Assembly (NCBI RefSeq): GCF_000400465.1
Contig: NW_008806285.1
Location: 60,001-92,000 of the forward strand
Direction of reading: 5' to 3'
From: Wallemia ichthyophaga EXF-994
Lineage: Eukaryota > Fungi > Basidiomycota
DNA: 32,000 bases
Program-made: the position numbers and the translations under genes
Notes under the pieces: generated by a model
Told to the model about the DNA's origin: nothing
The model's input: only the letters and a program-made list of their open reading frames with translations
Database searches by the model: none
Shown: piece by piece, positions 11,557-21,754 of the stretch
Numbering within the stretch: position 1 is the first letter of the stretch
Layout: each line of letters opens with the position of its first letter

Positions 11557-12447
11557 TCAACGCCTAGTTGAAGTGCGACCTTTTCTACCCACACCTGCAC
11601 GCGGACTGGAGTAGTAAGCGTAATGTGAGGCAAAGTTGGGAGATGTGAAAGCATCTTGTGGGATAGCCGGCAATTCGTTATCTTTTACTATCGGATATGG
11701 ACTGCTCTGTTTAGGAGAGCGCTTGTCCTTGATAGGTAAGTGATTAGTCCACGGTTTAACTGGTGGTGCAATAGGAGAGCTACCCGGTGTCCATTGACGC
11801 ATTGTTGGTGCTTGTCTCTGCGACTCCTTCTGCATGGCCTGGAGTTGTCTCAAATTTGTTATCTTGGTGGGAGCGGTAGTATATTTGTCGAGGACGGCTG
11901 GATGGATTGGTTGGATATCTTTCATGTCCTTGGTGTGCTTATTTTCCATCGCTTTAATATCGTCGAAAGAACTACCGGACGACAGCGAGGTCTTTGACGA
12001 GCTACCGACTGTTTCGTCCTCCACTTCCATCGCTTCGCTCTTGGCCTTTTGCCTGCGTCTGTAGCACTTGATGAGCGAGACAAAGGCGATGAGCAGCACG
12101 GCGAAAACGAATACTGAGATTGTTATTGGCAGCACTTTCATGCCGTCTATGGCCAATTTTTTGTCTTTGTTTGCATCGAAATCTCTGACACGAATGGATG
12201 GGGGCATCACATCGTCATCCTCATTGCTACTGCTGCCACTGGCGATTGTCTCATTCAAAACTCCGCGAGGAACCATGTTAACCCCGGCAATAGGCAGAGA
12301 CGGATTCTCCCAGTGTCTAAACATCGACTCTTGTTTTGGTAGTTGAAACTGCATCTGCATCTGCTCGAACCAGCCGAGATCAGCGAGATGGGGTGTAGGC
12401 TGTTGTTGCGCGTGTGGCTTTGTGTAGTCCAAATATATAGCTGGCAT
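11557..12447 (-). CDS. Hypothetical single-pass membrane protein with a long Ser/Pro-rich tail
   Basis: Intronless ORF whose first ATG is at 12447 (the track starts at an upstream TTG). One hydrophobic stretch VLPITISVFVFAVLLIAFVSLI followed by KCYRRRQKAK. No family recognised. Confidence 0.65.
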   Translation of the reverse strand: MPAIYLDYTKPHAQQQPTPHLADLGWFEQMQMQFQLPKQESMFRHWENPSLPIAGVNMVPRGVLNETIASGSSSNEDDDVMPPSIRVRDFDANKDKKLAIDGMKVLPITISVFVFAVLLIAFVSLIKCYRRRQKAKSEAMEVEDETVGSSSKTSLSSGSSFDDIKAMENKHTKDMKDIQPIHPAVLDKYTTAPTKITNLRQLQAMQKESQRQAPTMRQWTPGSSPIAPPVKPWTNHLPIKDKRSPKQSSPYPIVKDNELPAIPQDAFTSPNFASHYAYYSSPRAGVGRKGRTSTRR

Positions 12448-12762
12448 TATGTAGCGTGTGTAGTGTGTAATGCGTAGTGTGCTTATTTGCGTCGCAACCA
12501 GGCGAATAAGGTGAAACAAGAGGATGATTAGTGAGTAAACTTGTGGGCAGAAGGACTGAGAAACCAGCTCTCAGGGTGTATAGTGTTGGTTGAGAGTTTT
12601 GTGTAGGTCCTCACTGAACTTGGTCAACCGCTCTGATTCGCCCGGTTAGGAAAGTTAGCCTAAAATTTTAGCTCGAATGACCGGAAAAGGAAGGTGAGCG
12701 CGTAGAGGGCTAATTAAAAAGAGGAAGAATGAAAGAGGTAAGGAATTTACGCGTACGTCTTA

Positions 12763-13443
12763 TCAATCGACGTCATCCATGTTATCGATATCGACATCGT
12801 TCTCCTTGTACACGGCTAAAGTGTTGTTTAGCCCAACATTCCTAGCATGCTTCAGGACGTTAATCATAGCCCTATCGATATCATTTGAGTGGACATCGCC
12901 ATTCTCGAGGACGATGGATGGATAGAAGACGTAAGTCCAATCTGTGTGGGAGCGAGCGAGTGAGTAAGTAGCTGGAATAACCGAAGAACCCCACGTACCT
13001 CTGAGAATAAGATCGTCTGCTCCACCGCGAGCAGTAACCATAGACTGCTGTACAACGGAAGTGATACAATTACGAATCCGCTTGCGCAGTCTATTCCTCA
13101 CTACAGCCTTCTTTGAAGTGAAAGCTATGGGCGTGATTACGACCAGAGGCAACTCCGCCACATTCATCCGCTTCAAGCCGTATCCATCCTGCCGACCAAT
13201 AGCATCGAGGTACAACCAAAACCTCAGACCAAAGTCGTTGTGTGCGAATGGCAGAGAACTCAGTTTAGTTTGTATGAGTGCGTGTGTTTTGGACGGCGGG
13301 AGAATCTTCAACGTGAAGTACGCGTGCGGGAAGGTGAACAAACCGCGATCACCCAATGTACCAAGATTGACGCCGTAGCCAAAAGAAAGAATTTTCACAG
13401 ATTTATTTGTCTTTTTACTGAGCAATATCTGGCTGCGCTGCAT
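12763..13443 (-). CDS. Hypothetical protein with a bacterial RNase P protein (RnpA) RNR-like motif, possibly mitochondrial
   Basis: ATG at 13443. Probable 57-nt intron 12942-12998 (GTACGT...CACAG). Contains SKKAVVRNRLRKRIR and has a basic N-terminus with no acidic residue in the first ~30 aa. The gene is well supported; the RnpA relationship is inference. Confidence 0.6.
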   Translation of the reverse strand: MQRSQILLSKKTNKSVKILSFGYGVNLGTLGDRGLFTFPHAYFTLKILPPSKTHALIQTKLSSLPFAHNDFGLRFWLYLDAIGRQDGYGLKRMNVAELPLVVITPIAFTSKKAVVRNRLRKRIRNCITSVVQQSMVTARGGADDLILRGTWGSSVIPATYSLARSHTDWTYVFYPSIVLENGDVHSNDIDRAMINVLKHARNVGLNNTLAVYKENDVDIDNMDDVD

Positions 13444-13466
13444 TCAAGAAGATCGAAGACCAAAAA

Positions 13467-15947
13467 ATGTCATTTGAATTGATAATTCCAACAGCAACGA
13501 AGGATGTTCCATATGGTGCTATCGGTATAGCCCATTATCTATCCACAAACGCTGATCCTGCGTGCTCCCCATTCGAGTACTCCCATGTAGATGTACACAC
13601 GGATTTCAGCGACGACGCCAAAGCGGCTACCTTCAAATCCGCAGATGGCGCCCAAGTCACTGATCTCCACACTATTCTTTCAGTCTTGGCCCACGCTGGT
13701 AACATCTCAGGCCAGTCGGAGGACAAGGGCTTAGTCGAGGCTTATGTCAGCGACGCAGCGGCTATGTCCAAGCAATCATTCCCTCAGCTGACGCAATCAC
13801 TCAACAAGCTCGATGATATTCTCTTTCTCCATGCGTTCCTCGTTGGATACGCACCAACTGTTGCTGATTTTGCTATTTGGAGTTCAATCAAGTGTGAGTG
13901 CGGTTAGGTAGTCGTGGCACGTCGCTAAATGTGCTTCTAAGCCTCATCACTCGCTCTCGGCATTCTCAAGAAGAATCAGCACCAAAATGTTGTCAGATTC
14001 CTTTCCTTCTTCGACACTCTCGCTCAGCCAGCGTTGCAAGCCCACGCAGCAGCCAAGTCTAAGAAGGCGTCTACCAAGACGGCCTCTGGTGGTTTCAGTA
14101 TGGGTTTGAAGAACGCAGAGCAAGGCAAGGTTGTCACTCGTTTCCCACCAGAACCCTCTGGATACTTGCACATTGGTCACGTAAAGGCAGCTATGCTCAA
14201 CGACTACTTTGCCAAGATGTACAATGGCACGCTGCGCATCAGACTCGATGACACCAACCCTGTCAAAGAGGACACAGAGTACCAAGACGTGATTTTAGAA
14301 GATCTCAAAATGATGGGTATCACATCTAAGCTGGTTACCTTCACTTCCGACTACTTTCAACTCCTCTACGACAAGGCTATCGAGCTTATCAAACTCGGTA
14401 AGGCATACGCAGACGACACACCTGCAGAGGAGCTCAAAGCACAGAGATTCAACCGCCAGCCTTCAAAGCACCGCGATATGCCAGTCGATGAGGTACTCAA
14501 GCATTTTGAGGAGATGAGCAAGGGTACAGAAGAAGGCAACCGCTGGGTCCTTCGCGCTAAGATCAACTATGCAAGCGATATAGGCACGATGCGTGATCCT
14601 AACATCTACAGAGTGGTGCCACACGCTGACCACCACCGCACGGGTAAGCAGTGGAAGGTATACCCACTCTACGACTTCTGCATGCCGATAATAGATTCCG
14701 TGGAGGGTGTGACCCATGCACTTCGTTCGAACGAATACCACGAGCGTAATCCACTGTACAACTGGATCGTCGATACGCTCTCCATGCGCAGAGCTGAAAT
14801 TTGGGACTTTGGAAGAATGAACTTCACCTACACTCTACTTTCTAAGCGCAAACTGGGTAAACTCGTTGAAGCTGGTAGTGTGAAAGGTTGGGATGACCCT
14901 CGCTTCGCTACTGTTAGGGGTATTTTGCGCAGAGGTATGACTGTCGATACACTGCGCGAATTCATCCTTCTACAGGGTCCATCACAGAGCGTCGTCAACC
15001 TCCAATGGGACCAGATCTGGTCTATGAATAAGCAGCGTATTGATCCCGTCATTCCACGTTTCACAGCTTGCGAGAAAAAGCATCTCGTAAAGGCTGTTGT
15101 GAATGGCGCCCCATCGTCTATCGAATACAAGGAGCTTCCTCGCCATGCTAAGAACAATGATCTCGGTACGAAGAAGGTTGCTTTCTCTAACGAGGTTTAC
15201 ATGGACCAGGAAGACGCACAGTCGTTCGCCGATGGCGAAGAAATCACCATGATGGCCTGGGGTAACGCTTTCGTTAAGGCGAAGGAGGTAAATAGTGAGG
15301 GAATGGTCACTGGACTCACCCTCGATCTGCACTTGGAGGGTGACTTTAAGAAGACTAAGAAGAAGGTGACGTGGTTGTCCGCTAAGAATGATTTCGTTGG
15401 CGTTAAGCTGATGGACTACGATTATCTCATCAACAAACCTCGTTTGGAGGAAAGCGACAACTTAGACGATTTCCTCACTCCTGTCACAGAATTCGTCACG
15501 GATGCTGTCACCGATTCTAACATCAAGTCACTCAACAAAGGCGATCGCTTCCAGTTCGAGAGAAAGGGTTACTTTATTGTGGATGCTGTCAAGGAAGATG
15601 GCACATACGAACTGATAAAAATCCCAGACGGCAGGGTGGCATCGACTATTAGCAAGGGTGATGAGAAGGCGCAAGCTAAGCAGGCTGCGCAGCCCAAGAG
15701 AGATAAGAGGGAGAAGAAGGAGAAGGGTAAAGAGGGTAACGCTGGCAAGGCAGGTAAGGCGCCTTCTGTCACCGACATTGCACCTTCACAGGCAATTGAG
15801 TACCTCAGTCTGAGCGACAAGAATGATGGCTTTGAGATACCTGTCAAGAGCAAGATGTACAATGTCGGTAGTGTTTTTGGAGATGAAAAGGTGGACACCA
15901 ATGTCAAGACGGACATGTACAAGGTGGATCCAATTTACAAGCACTAG
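13467..15947 (+). CDS. GUS1: Cytosolic glutamyl-tRNA synthetase with N-terminal GST-like domain
   Basis: Removing intron 13894-13941 joins ORF 13467 to ORF 14034. Motifs VVTRFPPEPSGYLHIGH (HIGH), LLSKRKL, GWDDPRFATVRG and FQFERKGYF. Confidence 0.97.
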
Positions 15948-16061
15948 ACGGGCCATTAGCAGGGGAACTTGTAAGAGACACGATAAAGAGCTATTCAAAA
16001 GAACATCATTTATAGGATATGATCATGACATGAAATTGGTGATTGATAATAATCTCAAATT

Positions 16062-16993
16062 TTAAGACTCGAAAGTGAATGCAGCGCCGATCTTGTGAGC
16101 TGAAGGACCAGCCGAAGTGTCGTTGAGGCGTTGGGTGTCGAGAGCGAGACCGAAAGAGGCCTTAACGCCTGGACGGAGAGCTTGAGTGTAGCCGAGGGCG
16201 AGGATACCAGCGTTGTTAATCTTGCTCTTGACAAAGGCAGCGTTGTCGAGGTAAGTCTTAGCGCCGACTTCGAGGTTGACGTTGGAAGGACCAATCTTGG
16301 TGTCGTAGATGGCCTTGGCGCCAGCTTCGACGTCGCGGCTGACTCTGTGGTAGTAAGAAGCGGCGAAGACGTTGAGGTTGTTGAGACCGTGGAGGGTGAC
16401 AGCATACTCAGGGGCCGAGTAACCAACAGCAGCAGCGTATTTGCTGATCTTGCCGTCTTGAACCGAGTAAGAAGTCTCGGCACCAGCGAGTAAACCGTCC
16501 TTGCCGACGACCGAGTCGAGGGTGAAAGTAGGACCCTTGAAAACATCCAAGAAGGCGCGGCCGTGGAGACCTGGTTGCTTGAAAATGGCGCCTGCGAGTG
16601 CAGACTTACCACCGCCTTGAGGAAGGAGAGAAGATTGAATGTCGAGCTTAAGGCCCTTTGCGATGTTGTTCTCTAATTCTAATTGAGATTTGAGGACATT
16701 TGAGGTGGTCCACGCTTGAGTGAAGATGACGCCTTTGGAAGCATCAACGTATTTGCCTTCAATGTCGCCGTTGATGTTTGCAGATTTTGAGTCACGGAGA
16801 CCAGAAACCTTGAAAGAGACATTTGAAGGGGTCTTGGTCTTTACTTCTAATTGAGTGCCGTTGATTGGGAAATCCTTGCTGAGGAGGTCGTTGGCTGATT
16901 TGCCGAGATCCTTGGGGAGTGTGAGTGGGGTAGATAAGTATAAAATATATATAATACCTTCCAGGATGGTGGTACTGCTGCTGGTGCTGACAT
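16062..16993 (-). CDS. POR1: Mitochondrial outer-membrane porin (VDAC)
   Basis: Exon 1 MSAPAAVPPSWK, intron 16911-16957, then DLGKSANDLLSKDFP...TQAWTTSN...KINNAGILALGYTQALRPGVK...HKIGAAFTFES*. Confidence 0.96.
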
Positions 16994-17158
16994 CTTTCTT
17001 GTTTTGTTGGTCGTAGTGTTTGAACCAGCGGAATCGATCAAGGCGTGAGATTATTCATTTAAAATTTGATTATTTAATTGTACAAGGTAAAATATTTTAA
17101 ATATATATTTTAAATATGTATTTTAATTTATCGGCTGCCCAATTCTCGGTCTTCTTGC

Positions 17159-18433
17159 ATGACACGGCAGTACAATCTCGATGAAATAGCATCTTTGGAT
17201 TACCTACTAACTTATTACGTTGTACAGATTTCAGGTAGTGTTGGACACCTCTTCTTACTCCTCCTCACCATCATTTCCCGCTCCATACATCACAACGGGG
17301 TTATTATCAACTTCTACTTGATATTCAGCTTTACGCTGTGGATAGATGCTATTCTATTGTACACCGGTCACCTCACTTCCCAAACCCACCAAATCCCCCC
17401 TTCAATACGCATCATTAACTCCAGTATCAGGTGGGTTAGTCCACTCGGGTGATTTCGGTAATCTCGCTAAACATTTCCACACAGAATGACAGGAATGCTA
17501 GCCAACACCTGCACAACCCTTACTGTCGTCTTTAGGCTTTTCATAAGCGTTAACACCGCTCTCAGTACTCGCCTCGCTAAAATTTTATCCAAGATCTCAG
17601 ACACTATCTTGATTTTAGTTCCTTGGGTGTTGAGTATGCCATTCTTCATCGCTTATTTAGCACGCACTATTCCACACCCAGATTTAGTCATCCGAACGCC
17701 CTATTTCTGTGACTACAATGGTAGTGTGTTGAATAAAGTCGTTACCAACCTCACTCTGGCACTAATGTGTCTGATACTGGTGCTGGCAATACTCACCGCT
17801 ATTCTCCTCATCAAACTCCGTTCAAGTCAGCACGGTTTGGTGTACGTGAAAACATCAATCGACGTTGTCCTCGGTTGTCGCATACTTCTCTTCCTCGTCT
17901 ACTCACTCACTACGGTGGTTGTACTAAGCGGTACGCTTAACGACGCTTGGGGGAGTTTCAGCGATGGCCCCACCCTCGCTTTCGGTTTGACCGGTTTCTG
18001 GGCTTTCCTCTTGTTCTTTATTCAACCAGACACCTTCAACGCTATTATGACTTGCTTCGGGCTTAGAAAGTCGCGGAATAGACAGAGACGCCCCTCCTTC
18101 CTCTCTGTCAGCGCTAGTCGACCACGGGGAACTGAGCGGCATGAATTCGACGGGAATTTAACTTTCAATGGGAGTCTAAATGTTCGGAGTAGTGGGAGTG
18201 ATGAATGTGGGGATGTCAATGGCTGGGTTGATAAACGGCGGCTTGACAATGCTGATTCAAGGTGTTTAGGCGGTGGCAGTAGTAGGTGTAGCTCAAGTAG
18301 CTCGAGTACGACACACACGACACACACGACACATACAACACATACAACTCACACAACTAATACGGATACCTACCCAAATATTTTCACTGAAATACACACT
18401 CACAAAAACACAGACAGCGATACGTCGCATTAA
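17159..18433 (+). CDS. Orphan seven-transmembrane (GPCR-like) protein
   Basis: Removing intron 17431-17484 joins ORFs 17159 and 17486. About seven hydrophobic segments, RTPYFC in the putative second extracellular loop, and a long hydrophilic C-tail. The 7TM/GPCR call rests on hydropathy read by eye. Confidence 0.65.
18310..18360 (+). repeat. Imperfect 9-nt coding tandem repeat (ACACACACG-like) encoding (THT)n
   Basis: acacacacg acacacacg acacataca acacataca actcacaca translates to the TTHTTHTTHTTHTTHTT stretch. Confidence 0.85.
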
Positions 18434-18689
18434 GGTTGACATGTACTTGTACTTCTATATTTACTAACAGCATACATTGTATTAATAGACGCGCTTATAG
18501 ATATTCTAATAGGCTTTGTCCGCTGCTTCTGGGACCAACTAAAACAAGGTCACTTTGGAGAAAAATTCACCTCTCCCACTATAATAGATAAGCTCATTGA
18601 TCCTGCTTTCAATGTTAAATTTAAGAATCACCCGCCCCGGAACCCAACTTAGGCTTTCGAAGAATCAAGCTTACGCTTCTTGGTTTATC

Positions 18690-18697
18690 TTACGTAA
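18690..18697. promoter_or_regulatory. Palindromic TTACGTAA bZIP (Pap1/Yap- or ATF-type) site upstream of GPX
   Basis: Exact 8-mer about 137 nt upstream of the GPX ATG. Function is inferred. Confidence 0.4.
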
Positions 18698-18833
18698 CAA
18701 GATGTTTAGAGAGGGATTTGCAGCAATCTCTGTAATTTCATGGCACACACGCCAAATACGACATATGAACAAATATATTCCACGGACTTTTATTCATTTC
18801 TCGCATCCCACGACCCCTAGTTCCCACACAATC

Positions 18834-19426
18834 ATGTCAAATTCTGAATTCTACAATCTCAGCGCAGAGAAACCAAACGGCGAAGAATACAAGTTTGATA
18901 GTTTAAAGGATAAGGTCGTGCTTATTGTGAACACAGCGAGTGAGTTAATGTCACCGGTTATATCACACGGTTCTAAGCGTGGTACACACCAGGCAAATGC
19001 GGCTTCACGCCACAGTACACGGGACTTGAAGAATTGCACAACGCTTACAAAGACAGGGGATTGGTAGTGTGAGTGGTGTGACGTCGTCGTTGTCAATCCC
19101 CGCTAACGACGCACGACGCAAATAGCCTTGGATTCCCTTGCAATCAGTTCGGTGGACAAGAGCCAGGCAGTGACAGCGATATTGACAACTTCTGTAAGAT
19201 CAATCACGGTGTTTCGTTCCAGCTTTTCAAGAAATCAGACGTCAATGGTGATAATACGAATGAGGTTTTCAGATGGCTTAAAGAAAAGAAGCCACAGCTT
19301 ATGATGGGCAGAATCAAGTGGAACTTTGAGAAATTCCTCATCGATAAGCAGGGAAATGTCGTCAATAGATACTCATCCATGTCTAAGCCAAGTGAAATAG
19401 CTAAAGATGTTGAGAAACTCGTCTAA
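18834..19426 (+). CDS. GPX: Cys-type glutathione peroxidase (thioredoxin-peroxidase-like, Hyr1/Gpx family)
   Basis: Two introns removed give [27 protein letters not shown] (resolving Cys) and [17 protein letters not shown] at 19424-19426. Confidence 0.96.
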
Positions 19427-19534
19427 CAATTCATTTTATTCAAATACATTTCTTACTTTAAAGTGAAAATTTTTACAAAGTGAATGACGCGATGAATATC
19501 AAATATCTTGGAATACGTCATTCATCATCGCATC

Positions 19535-20488
19535 ATGATCAAAGTACTCGTTACAGGCGCAACAGGTTTGCTAGGCAGAGCAATTATGCACAACCTCCGC
19601 GCGGACAGCTCTGTCCAAGTATTAGGATTGGGTTATAGTAGAGTTGGTGAAGGTGTTATCAAATGCGATATCACAAATCACGACGAGTTGAAGGGTGTCG
19701 TAGAGCATCACTCACCAGATGTAATCATCCACGCCGCTGCTGAAAGGCGTCCAGATGTCGCAGCGAATGATCCTGCAGCGACGGAGCACCTCAACGTGGC
19801 TGTTTCAGCAAACGTGGCTGGTTTAGCGAGGAGTGTAAAGGCAGCACTCATCTATATATCCACTGATTACGTGTAAGTGGGGGTATTTGTCGGTATCCAC
19901 TCAATTGCTCAATTAAAATCACTCAGCTTCGACGGCACTAAACCGCCATATGAGGTCACTGACACACCAAACCCACTCAATCTCTACGGCAAGACTAAGC
20001 TGGCTGGCGAGAAGGCAGTGCATGAGAATAATCAAAGGTCAATCGTCGTCAGAGTCCCTGTTCTTTATGGCAAAGTAGAGAACAACAAGGAGAGCGCTGT
20101 GACGGTACTCATTGATGGCGTTAAAGATAGTTTGAACGCTCCAAAGAAGTTTGAGCATTTGTCGAAGCGTTTCCCAACCCACGTTGAGAATGTTGCTCAA
20201 GCGTTGAATGCCTTGTCAAAATGGGTTGCTAGTGCCGACAATATCACTCCTATTATCCATTACACTTCAACAGAAGGTTATACGAAATATGAAATGGCAT
20301 GTATCTTTGCGGATATACTGGGAATTCCAAGAAATGGATTAATCGCTGATACTCAAGAGCCTCAAGGTGCAGCTGCTGTCAGTCGTCCAAAAGACTGCCA
20401 GCTTTCGAGAAACAAGTTGGACGATCTCAATTTGGACATGAAAGAGGACGTGCACTTTGTGGAGTTTTTCAAATCTCAATTGTTATAG
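19535..20488 (+). CDS. RmlD-like / MAT2B-like NAD(P)-binding extended SDR
   Basis: VLVTGATGLLG Rossmann motif, HAAAERRPD, ISTDYVFDG (across intron 19873-19926) and YGKTK (YxxxK). Confidence 0.9.
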
Positions 20489-20641
20489 ATTCTCATAAGC
20501 TATTATAAGCTACCATAAACTATTTCGCACGATATATTCCATTTTAGGTTTTTATTATTTTCATTTTAATTCAAATTCCAAAACCCTTTTTAGGTGCGCT
20601 TACGTTCTGTTTCTGAGCCGTCGACACTAAAAATACGCGAT

Positions 20642-21490
20642 ATGAAATTATTGGGAGCAGCAGCAGCAGCAGCAGCAGTGGCACTATTCGCACCAGCATA
20701 CGCGGCAGAAGAGGATATCTACGGTACCTGGTCGTCTGGTTCTGGCGGTGTACAGACAGGTGAAGGATTCTGTACGCCACAAGAGTACAGCTTCAATATC
20801 CCAAACACCACAGGAACGAGCTACTCGTTTACTGAAGATGGCTACTATGAGGAAGCTTCTTACAAGTTCAGATCAAACGCAACTCATCCACAATGCATAC
20901 AAGCAGTCCTCACTTGGCAGCACGGTAGATATGAGTTTTACGATCATGAGGATATGCAAGGTATTAAGACTACTCCTTTCTCTGCAGATGGTCGCGTTCA
21001 AGTTGAGGATCCATGTGCAGCGAGCAGCAACATACTCAGCACAACCAGTTTCAACCACACTTTCGTTAAATACCTCCCATTCGATGATCCCGTTAAGAAT
21101 ATAAAGGCTCTCCAGCTCTACGACTTTGACGGCTCCGAGTTGGCTCCGTTGTACCTCATTAGTCGCCAACCAAACATGCTGCCTACTAGCCCAATCAGCA
21201 CCCAATACTCTAAGAGAAGCAAGAGAAGCACAGATGAGCCAGTAGAGGGTGATGTGGATGCGGATATGCAGAATATACTCGCAACTCCTTCTTTGGAGAG
21301 AAGGAAAGGTGGTGGTGGTAAAGGAGGCGGTGGTGGTAGAGTAAGCAGCGGTGGTGGTAAAGTGAGCAGCGGTGGAGCGGGCCGTGGCGCTAATGTTACC
21401 TCTGGCAATCACTCTTCTGCTGTTTCGAATACCCTCCCTATCTCACTCGCTGCCTTGGTCATTGTCGCGGCAAGCATAGCTATCGTATGA
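20642..21490 (+). CDS. ROT1: ER chaperone Rot1 with an atypical Gly-rich C-terminal extension
   Basis: ATG at 20642 and a signal peptide, then GTWSSGSGGVQTG, SYSFTEDGYYEEA, CIQAVLTWQHG, FSADGRVQVEDPC and LQLYDFDGS...PLYL. Intronless. Confidence 0.92.
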   Translation: MKLLGAAAAAAAVALFAPAYAAEEDIYGTWSSGSGGVQTGEGFCTPQEYSFNIPNTTGTSYSFTEDGYYEEASYKFRSNATHPQCIQAVLTWQHGRYEFYDHEDMQGIKTTPFSADGRVQVEDPCAASSNILSTTSFNHTFVKYLPFDDPVKNIKALQLYDFDGSELAPLYLISRQPNMLPTSPISTQYSKRSKRSTDEPVEGDVDADMQNILATPSLERRKGGGGKGGGGGRVSSGGGKVSSGGAGRGANVTSGNHSSAVSNTLPISLAALVIVAASIAIV

Positions 21491-21754
21491 TAAGTCATGT
21501 GCGAGCGTTGTGCGTTGTGTGTCTTACTCAAACACCCAACCTTACCTAAAACATTGTAATATTTTCATTTATTCATCCTGGACATTATCACCTGGTTCGC
21601 CTGAAACAGTCGCCACTAAGAAAACAAAATAAGTAGAAGCGCTAGCAGCAGCGGCAGCAGCAGCAGCACGCTGAAAACAGCACCTTCAGTCAACATATAT
21701 ACGTCCTCATCTAGCGCTTTCGATCCGTTCACTGCATACGCTCCTGATATACAA

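Noticed and set aside
17050-17135. Very AT-rich stretch with repeated ATATTTTAAAT units
   Set aside because: No terminal inverted repeats or target-site duplication seen; most simply the nucleosome-depleted region of the VDAC/7TM divergent promoter.
18597-19067. 156-aa ORF overlapping the GPX start
   Set aside because: It begins at a non-ATG codon in intergenic DNA and reads through GPX intron 1; the spliced GPX explains the coding signal.
20655-20677. (GCA)n run, and a similar AGC run at 21641-21668
   Set aside because: Short trinucleotide runs encoding poly-Ala in the Rot1 signal peptide and possibly poly-Ser; common slippage products.
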